NCBI RefSeq assembly: GCF_000150275.1
Contig: NW_002060963.1
Coordinates: 319,502 to 383,501, forward strand
DNA from: Trichoplax adhaerens
Taxonomy: Eukaryota > Animalia > Placozoa
Length of the DNA: 64,000 nucleotides
Reading direction: 5' to 3'
Position numbers and translations under genes: made by a program. The stretch's first letter is position 1; every line of letters begins with the position of its first letter. The notes beneath the pieces are model-generated. The model had not been told where the DNA came from. It saw nothing but the letters and a program-made list of their open reading frames with translations, and made no database searches. Positions 14,501 to 26,477 of this stretch are shown here, piece by piece.

Positions 14501-17500
14501 GCGTTTATTTATCAGATAACTTTAAAGTAAATAATGTCACTACCGAAACAAATCTTAATTACAATGAAAAGTGTTATAGTTTCTTATGGTTTAAACTAGG
14601 TCACTCTGGGACGTACTTTAGATAAATTAAATGAAGTTCGAAATTTGAGTATAAATGATTTCTAAACGGGTGAAGCGAAAATATAGTTACTTAATTTATT
14701 ACATAAAAAATATTCGTGCTGGATAGACAACCAAAATTTGAGTAAATGATTGCTAAGTATACATTAGGCATTTCCCAAATTTACTAGGCATTTCACAAAT
14801 TCACTAGTCTTTGTACTTCCATGTTGATGGTTGCATTAGCAAGTAAAACATATTTTCTAATATCTTTTAGAAATCTATCAGGAAACAAGATTACTACCAT
14901 CGAGACGAATACCTTTATCGATGTAAAGGCATTAAAAGAAATGTATGCCATTGTAATAAATTACTTAACACTTAAACCAAAGTAGAGTCGCTAATGTTGG
15001 TCACATTTATTAATTTCTTAATTTAGCCGACTAAGTAACAACTCTATAGATCGTATTCCACTTCATACATTCTCTTCATCTTCACCATTAACCATCGTGT
15101 AAGTATTTAAAATATCTGCTTATATCTACTCTCAGTGCTTGTTAAATATTCGGAGATCGGAAATAGTCCATAACCTGATGTTATTTATGTGGTTCGTAAT
15201 ACTGCTTGAGTCAAGTAATAAACCTCGTATAATATGTAGATAACGTAAAGTTTATTAGGAAAATTGTAAAAATACAAGATAAGGCAGATTTATAGTTGAT
15301 ATAATCTATAAGCGTAAATCAGTGTATGCAATCGTGAGGTATGAGCGGATAAGTACAGAATGGATGTAGCATGTAAGGGAAGGATGAACGTAAGATTATA
15401 CCAGTCTTAAAAAATTGCGCAGAAGAAGTACAAAACTCTGTACTACAAAAATACTATTCAATTAATAACAAATATCCGTTTAAATAGTAACAAATGAAGT
15501 ATGTTTATCCATGAGTTACATGCGTAAAATTACATTTTAGGCGAACACAAAACACGTGCAATTGTGTAACAACAAGCATGATAGCTATATTATTTAAGCG
15601 TGATAGCACATATATGTAATAGGTGCTTAACAAATACTAATAACTCTGAATATGTAATAGTTATCTGCCGCACTAACATATGTAATACCTACCCAACTAA
15701 AAGAGTGTTAATATTATCGATCACTAGATTTTTGATAATTATATCTGTATATAAATAGGTTACAATATTAGAATTATCCTTTATGCTTAAACTTACTCAC
15801 TTAAATCCGAGCTCTAACTTTCTAGATTTGCTCATGCTAGCTACAATTATAACTATTATGCGATTTACTATTAAAATTTATATTTAAAATTTGTGCTAAT
15901 GACTAGAACGAGTTCTCATATAACAGATAGCATACGTTAATTAATAAACGTTTAGTTAAGATTTCAAGCTAGTTTGGTACTATTGTAGAAAACGCTCAAT
16001 TTCTAGAACCGACATTGATAATAGGATAATCTAAAATGCTTATTTCTGTTACTTTGAATTTAGGGATTTGGCCTTAAACAAGATTAGTTTTGTTGATGAA
16101 AACGCTTTTGGGAATCTAGCAGTGCTGCAGAACTTGTAATAATACTATTACATAGACATACACTAATATACGATGAAACCCATCATTGAGTAGATACTGA
16201 CAACATTGTCAATTTGTGATTATTTACTCATAAGAGATTTATCTAGAAACCGACTGGCAAGGATTACTGCTTCTTTATTTGCAAATATTCCTTACTTAAC
16301 TTCTTTGTAGGTGAAAATTAAATACATTAGATACTCTTTTAATTCTTACCTGAAGCTTTATTATCACAACTATAGTTATAGCATTGAATATCTGATAACT
16401 TGTAATTTATCATTAAAATTTCGAAACTCGAAATTATTTTAAAGTGTACATAAGACATAATTATAGAATTCTTTTTTGGTCATATCTATTTTAAAATTTA
16501 TTAGATTTTAATTATTGTTCGTTTGATATCGCAGCTTTTCAGCAAGTCTAATTATTTTTCAATTCTTACGATAGAAATTTGACTTTAAACAGAATAGAAT
16601 CAGTTCCTGACTTTGTCTTTGTAAATTTACAAGATCTAGAGACCCTGTAAGGAAATAATAGACATATTTAATTAACATAAAATGGAAAATTATTTATTAA
16701 CTGTTCAACTATCTGAATATGAGTTTTTAAGAAAGTTTACAGTCTTTATAACATTACTTTACTGTCACTTGATTTTAAATTGTGATAAAGAAAGTGATTG
16801 TACAGGCATAATGAAATATCAATATAATTAGGTGGCTTGGGAATGAGAGATTGCGGTATCTAAATCAACAAGCATTCCATGGATTAAATCGACTAAAGTA
16901 CCTGTAAGATGAATTTTCAAGTACTTTAATGTGATAATAATACACCATAAATGTGATAAAAACTACGTGTTATATTATAAGCTTATTCTATCGATCGTGA
17001 TGTATTTTGTAGACAAATAGACTATTGCCGAAATCTACGAACGTTAAACTTCAAACTCTTTCTGAATTTGAAACCACTCTTTGCTCTGTAAATATTCTAG
17101 GAAAAAATAAAATAAAAATTAAATGTACAGAATTTCATCTTGTTTATAGCTAAATAAGGCAAATCGTAAAATATTCGGTTTTTAACGATTGAATAGTTAC
17201 AAATCGATAGTAATAACACAAGCTCAGGGAAACAGTTTATTCTCAATTTGATAAATGAACTTCATCAAATATCTTATTGATCGTATTTTAACAATGCAAG
17301 GACATAGACAACTGAATCCTATGTAGAATTTAGTAACATGTGTTGTGTATAGCTATGTTGTTTAGCAACTTTCATCTATATTTTATTGTTTTTTAATTAG
17401 ATATTTAAGATTTTGCAATCTCAGTGCTTCAGCATTCAATAGATCATCATTTCAACAGTTGTCAGGATTAAGAGCCCTGTAAGTATGGTATAAAACATAA

Positions 17501-20500
17501 AGTAAATAGTTATCGACAAATATCTTATACAATGGCAGAGTAGTCGGAGAATTTACACGTACGTATAATTGATAATTTTGTTACCGTGGTGAGAATTTAA
17601 GCTTGTAAATCGTCGTTTGATACTATAATTAAAGCAAGTCACATCTACGTTCTGATTAGCTTAAAGTATTTATCATATTCTTTAGCCTAATGAAGATCAT
17701 AATTGAAATTTTCTAGTTTTATTCGATTTTAAAAATTAGCAAAATGAAATTAACGTAATGGAATTATTAAAATTTACGACTAATTTAGATATTTAGATAA
17801 CAATGATTTATCGGACCTCGACGAATCCCTTTTCAAAAATATGGCATTTCGGAGCTTGTTAGTACTTAATGATTACACGTTTGTTTGCTAAATTTACAAA
17901 TGAAAACTTATTTATATTCCGGATTAGCTGTATGTTTTAAAATTCAAAAATTTCATCCTGCAAATGGACTGATTGTTGCACTATAATTTCTACCTTCTTA
18001 ATTCCATACCTTATCTGTGTCATTTATAAGGGGCTTAGGCTTTAGCAAACTTTCTCCTAAAAAAGTTAATTTCATTGCGTCACTGGGTACAGATCTTACT
18101 AATCTGTAGGTAATCGTTCGCTTGAATTATTAAAACCAAGATTAGTAATAAGGTAGTCTACCTCACTTTGCTTACTGATACTCAGTATGTGCTATATCTT
18201 CATTAACAAATTTATCTAGCATTTTATCGTCTACTTAAGGCTTGCTTTTGTTTTAGATATCTAGACGGTCTTCGACTAAAGGATTTCATAAACGCTTCTA
18301 TGATTTCTAAGGAAATCCAAAATCTGTAAATGAAAATTATTTTCACAGTTTGCTACAAATCCTTTAGTAACCTACTGTAAAATGCTCTCCGAGGCTACTA
18401 TTTAGCGTTACCAATCGTAGATATCCCTGTAAACTAAATACGGTATGCTCTCATAGGTATTAGAATTAAAGCCGCTTTGTTGTGATATTGATAATGTAAA
18501 GTGAAAATACGTTACACTGTGCAGTATGTGTTAAGGCACCAAAATGTCTAAAACAGGAGTCTTTATGTAGGTAAAGACATGGGTATCTTTCAAACTGTTA
18601 GATTGTGTACAGATACTTCACCGTACAATCCGTCATAGAAAGAGTATAAAAGCCGGGTGGGAGGGTTGGGAGTAAAGAGAGACATCTCGAACCGAGATAT
18701 TCCTTATATAGCTTTTGTATTAGTAAATATTTTTAACCTATTACTCATATCTAATCTTAATCGAAATATGCTATAAAGTACCGTAAGCTATATCGTTAAG
18801 GCTTGCAATGTTGTAATCTACTTATATCTTTTAAATAATTATGCTGTATAATCATTCGCTTCTACTTAAAACATCAGATATTTAAATGATAATGATATAA
18901 GCTCCATTCATGCATCATCGGCGCCGATACTTCGTAGCCTTCAGAAACTGTAAGAACATCAAACTAGCTAACTATCGAATCTTTATGTTACCTTCATCTA
19001 TTATCTTATTCAATATTGATGACTATACTAATAAATATCTATCAAACCTTTTTTAAATATAAATTTGCTGTAGTCTAAAAGATTCTAATATTACCAGTAT
19101 CTATACTTCTAAATCTACGCATGTCTTCTGAATGCATTAAATATACATGCTTAATTTCAAATTTTTACTGAAATATTTAGGGTAATGGATCGAAATAATA
19201 TGGGAAATCAGGGATATGTGACTCTAATAACTTTAACTCCAAATCTAATACAATTGTTAGTGAAAATAAATAATTAATAAGAATACAGATGCATTTACGT
19301 TGATAACTTAAACAATACTAAAAATATTGCTATGGGTAAATGCTATTTTATGTATCTGTTTTTCTTAAATATATACTAAACGGTAAGAGTGGCACATACT
19401 ATTAATAAATACGCATAAATGTTTCAACCTATTTAATGTACCCTTTGTTATTTGAGACAGTATGCTTCGCAGATACTTGAAAATGCTAAATTTTCAATAT
19501 AGCACTACTGTTTTAGATTTAATTAACTCGTTAAAAGTTCAAACTTTTATCGATGTCTTAAATATAGGTATCTCAGCGAAAATATTATCTCCGAAATTTG
19601 TCCCAAATTTCTGTCTTCAACTGCCTTTTCAAAAATACGCTATCTGTTAGTATTCACCTTCATATACCTGATAAAGAAGATTAAGAACTGCAATTTTAGC
19701 TCCATTTCTTGTTCATACATGATGAACATTAGCAGATTTCAAAAATTGTACGGATTATAATAAATTATTATCCATAATTTGTCTATAAATGATCCACATA
19801 TGCCCAGAAATATACTACACCCTTACACATATAGTAAAATTTCGCCTTTTAAGTTCTTAATAATTCATGAATGATATTAGAACTTATGTGATTTCGAAGT
19901 TTCACCATCGGTTAGAGTATACATGTTTACTGAGTAATAGTAGCCATTTTGTAGTTATGACGATATAAAGTGTGCAGAAATATACTGGTGATATATAATT
20001 TATTTAGAATATCTAATACGTCTTTTGCATATCGAACAGGCACATAATTCTGTAATATTATCTTATACTGATAACTAATTTTATGCGACTACAGTATAAA
20101 TTAGCTAGCCTTTAATAAAAATAGGCATCAGTTTAGTCTAGAAGAGATATGCAGTTTATTATGTCCTGCTTAGGATAAAGATTGTCATTATGATAAGAGT
20201 TTTACTATGGTAGACGTAGGAGAGTACTAGCCCGACAGTAGACTTCTGGTGTGTAATTTTTTCTAATTTTTTTTACTTTTCTCGTTACCAATGTCAGCTT
20301 GTAATAACTAGTGTCTTATATTTTGTTGACAGCCTAGGTAACTATTTAATTTTATGCCTGATTCATGATTAATTTTAAGCTAGTATTAGATTTTTACAAT
20401 ATTTGACTCATTATTAACGCCTATGAAATATTTGAAAGATACATTCTACGAACATGAAATAATAATTGAATTTTAAAATTAATAGAAATCTCAATAGCAA

Positions 20501-23500
20501 TAACATCGAAAAATTAGATAGCTATTGTTTTTGGAGTATGCCAGAACTGAATTACCTGTAAGTAAAATTTTACAAACTGTAATGGCTAATGCCAATTACA
20601 CGTACCACAATTAAAACTAAGGCTAGATCTCAAAAGATAATTAACATTGGCATAAGAAGTAAGGAGATTTCAGATATCCACAATATCTGAGATACTGCTA
20701 GCAGTAAAAACTAAATTCTTATTTCACTTTCACGATTCTTTCGCAGGGCTTTGAAAGATAATCCATTAATAACTTTTAATTACCGCTCTTTCGGTGGTGT
20801 AGCAGGCATTCGAAGCATGTAAGTACGTATATATATACTAGAATCTCCTATTTTTATGTAGTTCGATATAACATCAATGACAAAGGGATGATTTAAAGAG
20901 AAGAAGTTTTCATTTAGCAGTTTGACATAGAATGCGTTTAAGACTTTTGTACTTTCATCCATGTACATTTCAAGCATAACAAATAAAATTTCACGATTTC
21001 TTAATACTTTACTTTTTATTTATTGCACGTTATGATTTATTACCGGATGTACAATGTTGACGTATCTGTCACAAACTTCCGTGTGACAAGACAACGTTGT
21101 GATCGAATCTACGATCTCGCAATAATTTGTACGCCTTCGATTTACGTTATACTTCTAACCTTAGGAACTAAGAACTAACTTTTATTAATTTGTCCAATCG
21201 TTTAAATAGATTTTATCTACAAGCTTTTACACACCTCTTAGAATACTACTAATCCAACTATAGATATAAATGACCTTTAACACATCACAATTTAAATCGT
21301 ACCGTCAACAATCTATATCTGGTTACGTACTCGCTTACAATATCATTGTAGCCGCAAGGCATGTACTAATTTGGTATGGTGAGTTAGTACCGTGACAGTA
21401 TCATATTTGAATTACAAGTATATTATAAGTATAAGAATCTGAAAGGTTTCTCTAATTAGATCAAGCCGAATCTATATTTTTTGAGAACGTTTTACAGCTC
21501 AAGAGTCAGATCAACCAAACTTCTAAAGACTTAATTCTAAGTACTATAAGTGAAGATATAAAAAAGATAACGACAGAACTGAAACTGTCTACAACCATAC
21601 AACCTAATAAAAGGAAGAACGTCTTTACTTACAACAGTTCGACCCCGAAAGCCGTTGAAATTCAACAAGTTCTTCAAAAGAATCTTCTTACACTCTCTAC
21701 TCTAAATTTTCTGATTGCACTATCATGCACTATCATGTACAGAGTCTACAACGAGTATGATCAGACTACTATTAAAATTACAATTAGCTAGTAGCTAATA
21801 AATAAGGGTTATCAACAATAACTATGTAATGTAACTTAGTATTGTGATTGTAGACTGTTATCCATGTTTAGTTAAATATACGGTAGATATTTATCCTAAG
21901 AGATATTTGGTAGCTATAGCTATAGACTGTAGTGGTATAGACTCTATGCTAGAGTATAGATGACTATATACAGTAAGGTGTTGAGTTACTAATAAGATTA
22001 TAGGTAAAAATAGAACTGTAAATCATATATTAGGATATGGTTAATTTATTGTACTTTGGCTGGTGTGAATAATGTCTACATAAATACTGTAGTAGTATCC
22101 ATATCGGATTAATGATGGTCCGCAGTAGAATAGTCTTACTAAGAATAATTTAACTATGTGTAAAATAAGGTAAAAGGTTGCCGCGCGGATTGTAGCTGCG
22201 AATGCTACGAAAAATATAAAGCATGCAACTTTAGATTATTCTGTTAGTTCGTTCTAGAAGTCTTTAGTAGTAGTATTCGGCTAGAGTAGAACTGTATGTA
22301 GTTAATCTTTGTATAAGATTTAATAGAGCCTTATTTTTCTAAAATTTGGAATTTCGTGATTGATATATATCACAAACTAATAAAGGGTTATCAACAACTA
22401 ATAAAAGTTTATCAACAACAACTAAAAATCTTAGTTGATCACACTGAAGCTACGATAAACTCTTGGGAGTCTGCACTCCGTCATACACCTGCTTCTAAAA
22501 TTTATTTATTAATAAATTAAAATATTGATAAGAAAGGGCATCGATTCCATGGTGTATTTTGAAGTAGTTACATGCTAAATAAAATATTTAAAACAGAATA
22601 AATTTACTTACGTATTTTAGCACAAAACTACTTTACGAATTTATTAGCGCTGTAACGTGGAAAGGAAAAGTTCCCATATTTTCCCCAAAATGATATAACA
22701 AAACTATAATCATAAATTTCCCTGAAAGTTAATGCTACTCCCTACTTGCTGGAAGTCTATTCACAGCTTATGCTAGATGTTGAGTTCACACAATTAACTA
22801 TTTTTTAATGGATATTTAAATTCAATACAATCCATTTTCAATACATTGATTTTAATAATTTATTTAATTTATAAAACGTTGAATCACTGGTAATATAGCC
22901 TTGAAATACCTATTTCCTTCTAATTTAAATTGTCCTTCGTCTATTAACTATAGACATTCGACACGTGAATACTTATGTTGCGTTGCGCCATCCTCAATAA
23001 TTGTATGCAGACCAAATCCGAATCAATTTAGCCTATCTACATGCTTTAATATTTTGGCTCATGATTTATTGCGTGTATTTATCTGGGCAATTGGTATAAT
23101 TTCAGTCGTTGGTAACACGGTTTCTATAAGATGGCATTCTCAAAAAAAATCTGCTAAAAGACTCGGAATAGTAGAAATGTTATTAATTAACTTATCGACT
23201 GCGGATTTTATCATGGGTATCTACCTAATTATCATAGCATCAGCCAATGTATATTATGCAAACCGTTATTATGAAGTTTTTGAAATATGGCTACGTAGTG
23301 TGCCATGTCTAATGGCCTCGTTTTGTATCTCATTATCGAGCTTAATGTCGACATTTGTGCTCTTTCTAATAACTCTAGATCGTTATCTGCACCTAGTTTA
23401 TCCTTTTCAAAATTATCGTTTTTCTATTAAATTTACTTTCCTAGCATTGGTGGTTCTTTGGTTAATATCAATTGCATTAGTTGGATTACCAATTATTTAT

Positions 23501-26199
23501 AGTATTAATCAACCGTCAATTAATCGTCTATACTCTAGCAATAGTGCATGCTTACCTGGTAATTTTAATAACCCATTTTTATTAACATGGCTATTATGTT
23601 ATGCTGGATTAACCTTCGTCGTTTGGATTTTTATTGCAATCATGTATGCCGCAATTCTATCGACATTAGCAAATTCAAGCAAAGAAACTCATAGACGTTT
23701 ATCAAAGAATGATAAAATTGTTCGCGCTAAAATGATTACTATCGTAGCAACGGATTTAATCTGTTGGCTACCATTATATATANNNNNNNNNNNNNNNNNN
23801 NNNNNNNNNNNNNNNNNNNNNNNNNNNNNNNNAGAAAGCAGTACATAACGATTACATTTACGCGTTAATACGATGAAGTATATACTTTATTTGAGTAACA
23901 CCAAGGTAATTTCCATCTAGATATTTATACCAGCTCGATTCATCCATCACATGTCATTGCAATTTCCAGTAACCCTGATCTATCTAAGGTAAAATCCTTT
24001 TTATAAGATTTGCTATCTTTTATTGAAAACTATCAACTATCTTGGCTTGGCAGGGCTAATTTTAAAATCTTTCAGCAATATCCAACACAATCATAAATTT
24101 CTTTCGTCCAATTTTCGCTTTAATTACTGCACAATCTAAACTGGATCAATAGCATTTACTGTGCGTTACTCCGTATAATGACTATTGTTAGATAGAAAGT
24201 ATCGGTATGATATTCATGCAATGAGCGAAACAAGTGCACAAGGCGATTGCATGATATAAGTAGCCCTTTCTTTATAATATAAATTGTAGAGTAAATTATT
24301 ATAATATTTAAGGGAGATGCAGTTCCATCAGTAAGAAATATTTTTTTACAAATTAATTAATTAATGAATTATAAATCCAACTAGTCTAATGTTCACGTTG
24401 CCAGCACAATAGCTAAAATTACTAAAATTACATTATATTTTGCTAAGAATTTCAAACGGTATAGGCATATCATTTATTTACTGTAATAAATATTATCTAG
24501 CACCGGTTGTACAGAACAGTTATGTTAAGTGAGATTCGCGAAAAGCTCTTACAAGTATTTAACTTTGATGCAAGGTTTACATTAAAGTCAAATTACCTCA
24601 TAATTGCGGAGTGAATAATTTGGGGTGGCTGCAGCTTTACAACGCAAAAGATAACTTGCCTTGGGAAAAAGAGATATCATTTTATACATACATCAAATCA
24701 AAAGACTGTAAATTAAAGAATATTATGGGTTGTTTGTGGTACTGTAAAGGAAACGAATGTAGAATCGAAATAGATGGTGGCGAGAAGCTGTTTCCGGATA
24801 AATTGTAGGTCGTATGTTTTCAGTTTTCATAAGGAGTTATGTACATTCTGTATTTATACAGGTATATTTACAAGATATATCCTTTTTCGCAGTATAACCT
24901 GTTTTACAGCAGACGCCAATGACATTATGCTTCTGAGCAATTCCATCCGTTTGCAATCCGATTACCTGACATCACATCGGATTCTGCAAATTAGTATGAA
25001 TATTATACAAGCAATTCAATCTTTGCACCTGAATAATATAGTCCATGGATCAATAAATACCGATGCTGTTATTCTACTTATTTCGCCGAAGGTACATAAT
25101 AGCATATTTAAAGACAGATATTCAAGCGATAATATAACAATCCTGAAATATTTAAGTTCTATTAGTTTATTTTGATCATGCCTATAATTTGTGCATGGTT
25201 TGCCTACAAAACTAATATCTTCATTAATTTACTTGAATGTAGTCTATACCAATGGTATCAATCAATATAAGAATGGGCCATTAAATAATTCTTACTATGA
25301 TTAATCTACTTATAAAATAAATTTAGAATTAGAAATTTATAGATTCACGTATATCGTTTTCGTTTCAAATACAATGTAGAAATATTGTATCGCTACTAAA
25401 AATTAGAAGTAGTCAATAAATTTCAGAGATACAATTCTGGTCATTCGAATATCATCCTTATTACGAATTAGTCGAATTTCTATTACTGTTTATAGCGCTA
25501 CTATCTTTCCTTTATCGAAAAGTCATGATATAAGTGATAAATTATTACTTGTTTAAACTTATATATCTAGGAATCGATTACCGCCTTATTAGGCGTATTT
25601 TCAAATACGACGATATTTGAAAACGATCTTCACGAAATGCACAGAAATCGATACCGTCAATTAATGAAAACAGATATTTCTGACTTTGCGTTATTGTGCA
25701 GTGAATTAAGTTCATACTGCCAAACAATAATCGATCAAATCAATGAGAGCCAATTGCAACCAGATAAAGTGATGCAGGCTAGCGAAGGTATTGAATCTTG
25801 GAGATCGGTAAACGAGAAAGTAAGTATCTACTTTAATAAACTGCATTAACTGTACGTAGTTGACTTCTAGCGACAAGTGCTTAACGAAAGCAGTAATGAT
25901 ATAACTAAACCTTGAGTAATACAAGTATATTGTAAGGTAGTAAAACAGTAATCGCTATCGTAAACTGTTATATTGTACTCGTATGTCCATAACTAGTTGC
26001 ATTGACGTATAGCGATTGCTCTAAATGCTAATAATATTACGAAGCTATAATAGATTCTTTGATATTCATTAATCTAGTAAAAAATTTATCAAATTTTTAG
26101 TTACGTATTGTCAAAGATGCCATCGATGATCAATTACAGGAAAATAGAGAACCAAAGCAAATTTTAGCTGATCTATGGGCCATTACTAGTGGTGACTAA
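2539..26199 (+). CDS. Multi-exon LRR-containing rhodopsin-class GPCR (LGR/GRL101-like) with a C-terminal pseudokinase domain; copy 1, 5' end not seen
   Basis: 40 phase-2/phase-2 LRR exons of 66-84 nt start at 2539, 2959, 3544, 3925, 5942, 7119, 7665, 7998, 8764, 8919, 9097, 10145, 10324, 10502, 10646, 11264, 11511, 11786, 12004, 12307, 13314, 13532, 13723, 13893, 14871, 15027, 16064, 16235, 16575, 16832, 17013, 17401, 17789, 18031, 18257, 18878, 19181, 19568, 20486 and 20747. The hinge+7TM exon runs from 22954 into the gap at 23783. Then exons 23921-23988, 24575-24804, 24893-25091, 25571-25819 and 26101-26199 (TAA). Phases are compatible throughout; the 7TM-to-tail junction is inferred from copy 2. 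Confidence 0.8.
4335..4964 (-). mobile_element. Solo-LTR-like element, family A long form (630 bp)
   Basis: TG...CA ends (TGTCAC...GTCACA); flanks caatg/caacg (4/5 TSD); reverse complement aligns along its length with 12558-13185. Confidence 0.8.
6270..6807 (+). mobile_element. Family B element, degenerate copy
   Basis: Aligns with the reverse complement of 21825-22374 and with 36820-37382; no clear TSD. Confidence 0.75.
12558..13185 (+). mobile_element. Solo-LTR-like element, family A long form (628 bp)
   Basis: Starts TGTTAC; exact CTCAG TSD (12553-12557 and 13186-13190); homologous to 4335-4964 and shares internal blocks with 32323-32763; 3' end degenerate. Confidence 0.8.
21067..21397 (-). 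mobile_element. Solo-LTR-like element related to family A (331 bp)
   Basis: TGTCAC...GTGACA termini; GTATC TSD; empty site in copy 2 near 29490. Confidence 0.88.
21825..22374 (-). mobile_element. Solo-LTR-like element, family B (550 bp)
   Basis: TG...CA ends; AACTA TSD; absent from copy 2 (empty site near 29918, inside a short tandem repeat). Confidence 0.88.
22954..23782 (+). CDS. Hinge + 7TM exon of LGR-type GPCR (copy 1)
   Basis: Hinge YLCC...C..NQFSLSTCFNIL; TM1 IWAIGIISVVGN; TM2 INLSTADFIMGIYL; TM3 ITLDRY; TM6 IVATDLICWLP. These are LGR/relaxin-receptor-like signatures. Acceptor ctatag ends at 22953. Confidence 0.95.
23921..26199 (+). CDS. Intracellular pseudokinase exons of the LRR-GPCR (copy 1)
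   Basis: Spliced product IYTSSIHPSHVIAISSNPDLSK|VYIKVKL...LGWLQLYNAKDNLPWEKEISFY...LKNIMGCLW...|...IIQAIQSLHLNNIVHGSINTDAVILLISPK|ESITALLGVFS...KTDISDFALLCSEL...|LRIVKDAIDD...WAITSGD*. Kinase subdomains occur in canonical order, with catalytic residues replaced. Confidence 0.75.
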
Positions 26200-26477
26200 A
26201 AGGATTTCATAGCCTACTCATCACGAAGTGTACCGAATAGTGTGAATTAATCATTCCCAATAATTAATCCCTGATGACATAATAGCCAGAAAANNNNNNN
26301 NNNNNNNNNNNNNNNNNNNNNNNNNNNNNNNNNNNNNNNNNNNACAATGATAACTTATTTATATTCCGGACTAGCTGTATGTTTTAAAATTCAAAAATTT
26401 CATCCTGCAAATAGACTGATTGTTGCACTATAATTTCTACCTTCTTAATTCTATACCTTATCTGTGTCATTTATAAG

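Noticed and set aside
18376-18820. Intronic segment with a TATA box and G-rich tract, possibly another old LTR
   Set aside because: No clean termini or TSD, and no independent second copy in the window.
20780-20977. Minus-strand ORF repeated at 29200-29409
   Set aside because: Antisense to an LRR exon and intron; shared only because of the block duplication, and its frame shifts between copies.
22901-22953. ORF-track start MKYLFPSNLNC for the GPCR
   Set aside because: TTG start in intronic sequence; the exon begins after the AG at 22953.
24501-24614. Alternative exon HRLYRTVMLSEIREK... (ORF 32725-32913 in copy 2)
   Set aside because: Ends in a stop, and its AG acceptor is mutated in copy 2. 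The conserved acceptor at 24574/32873 gives the kinase-like frame.
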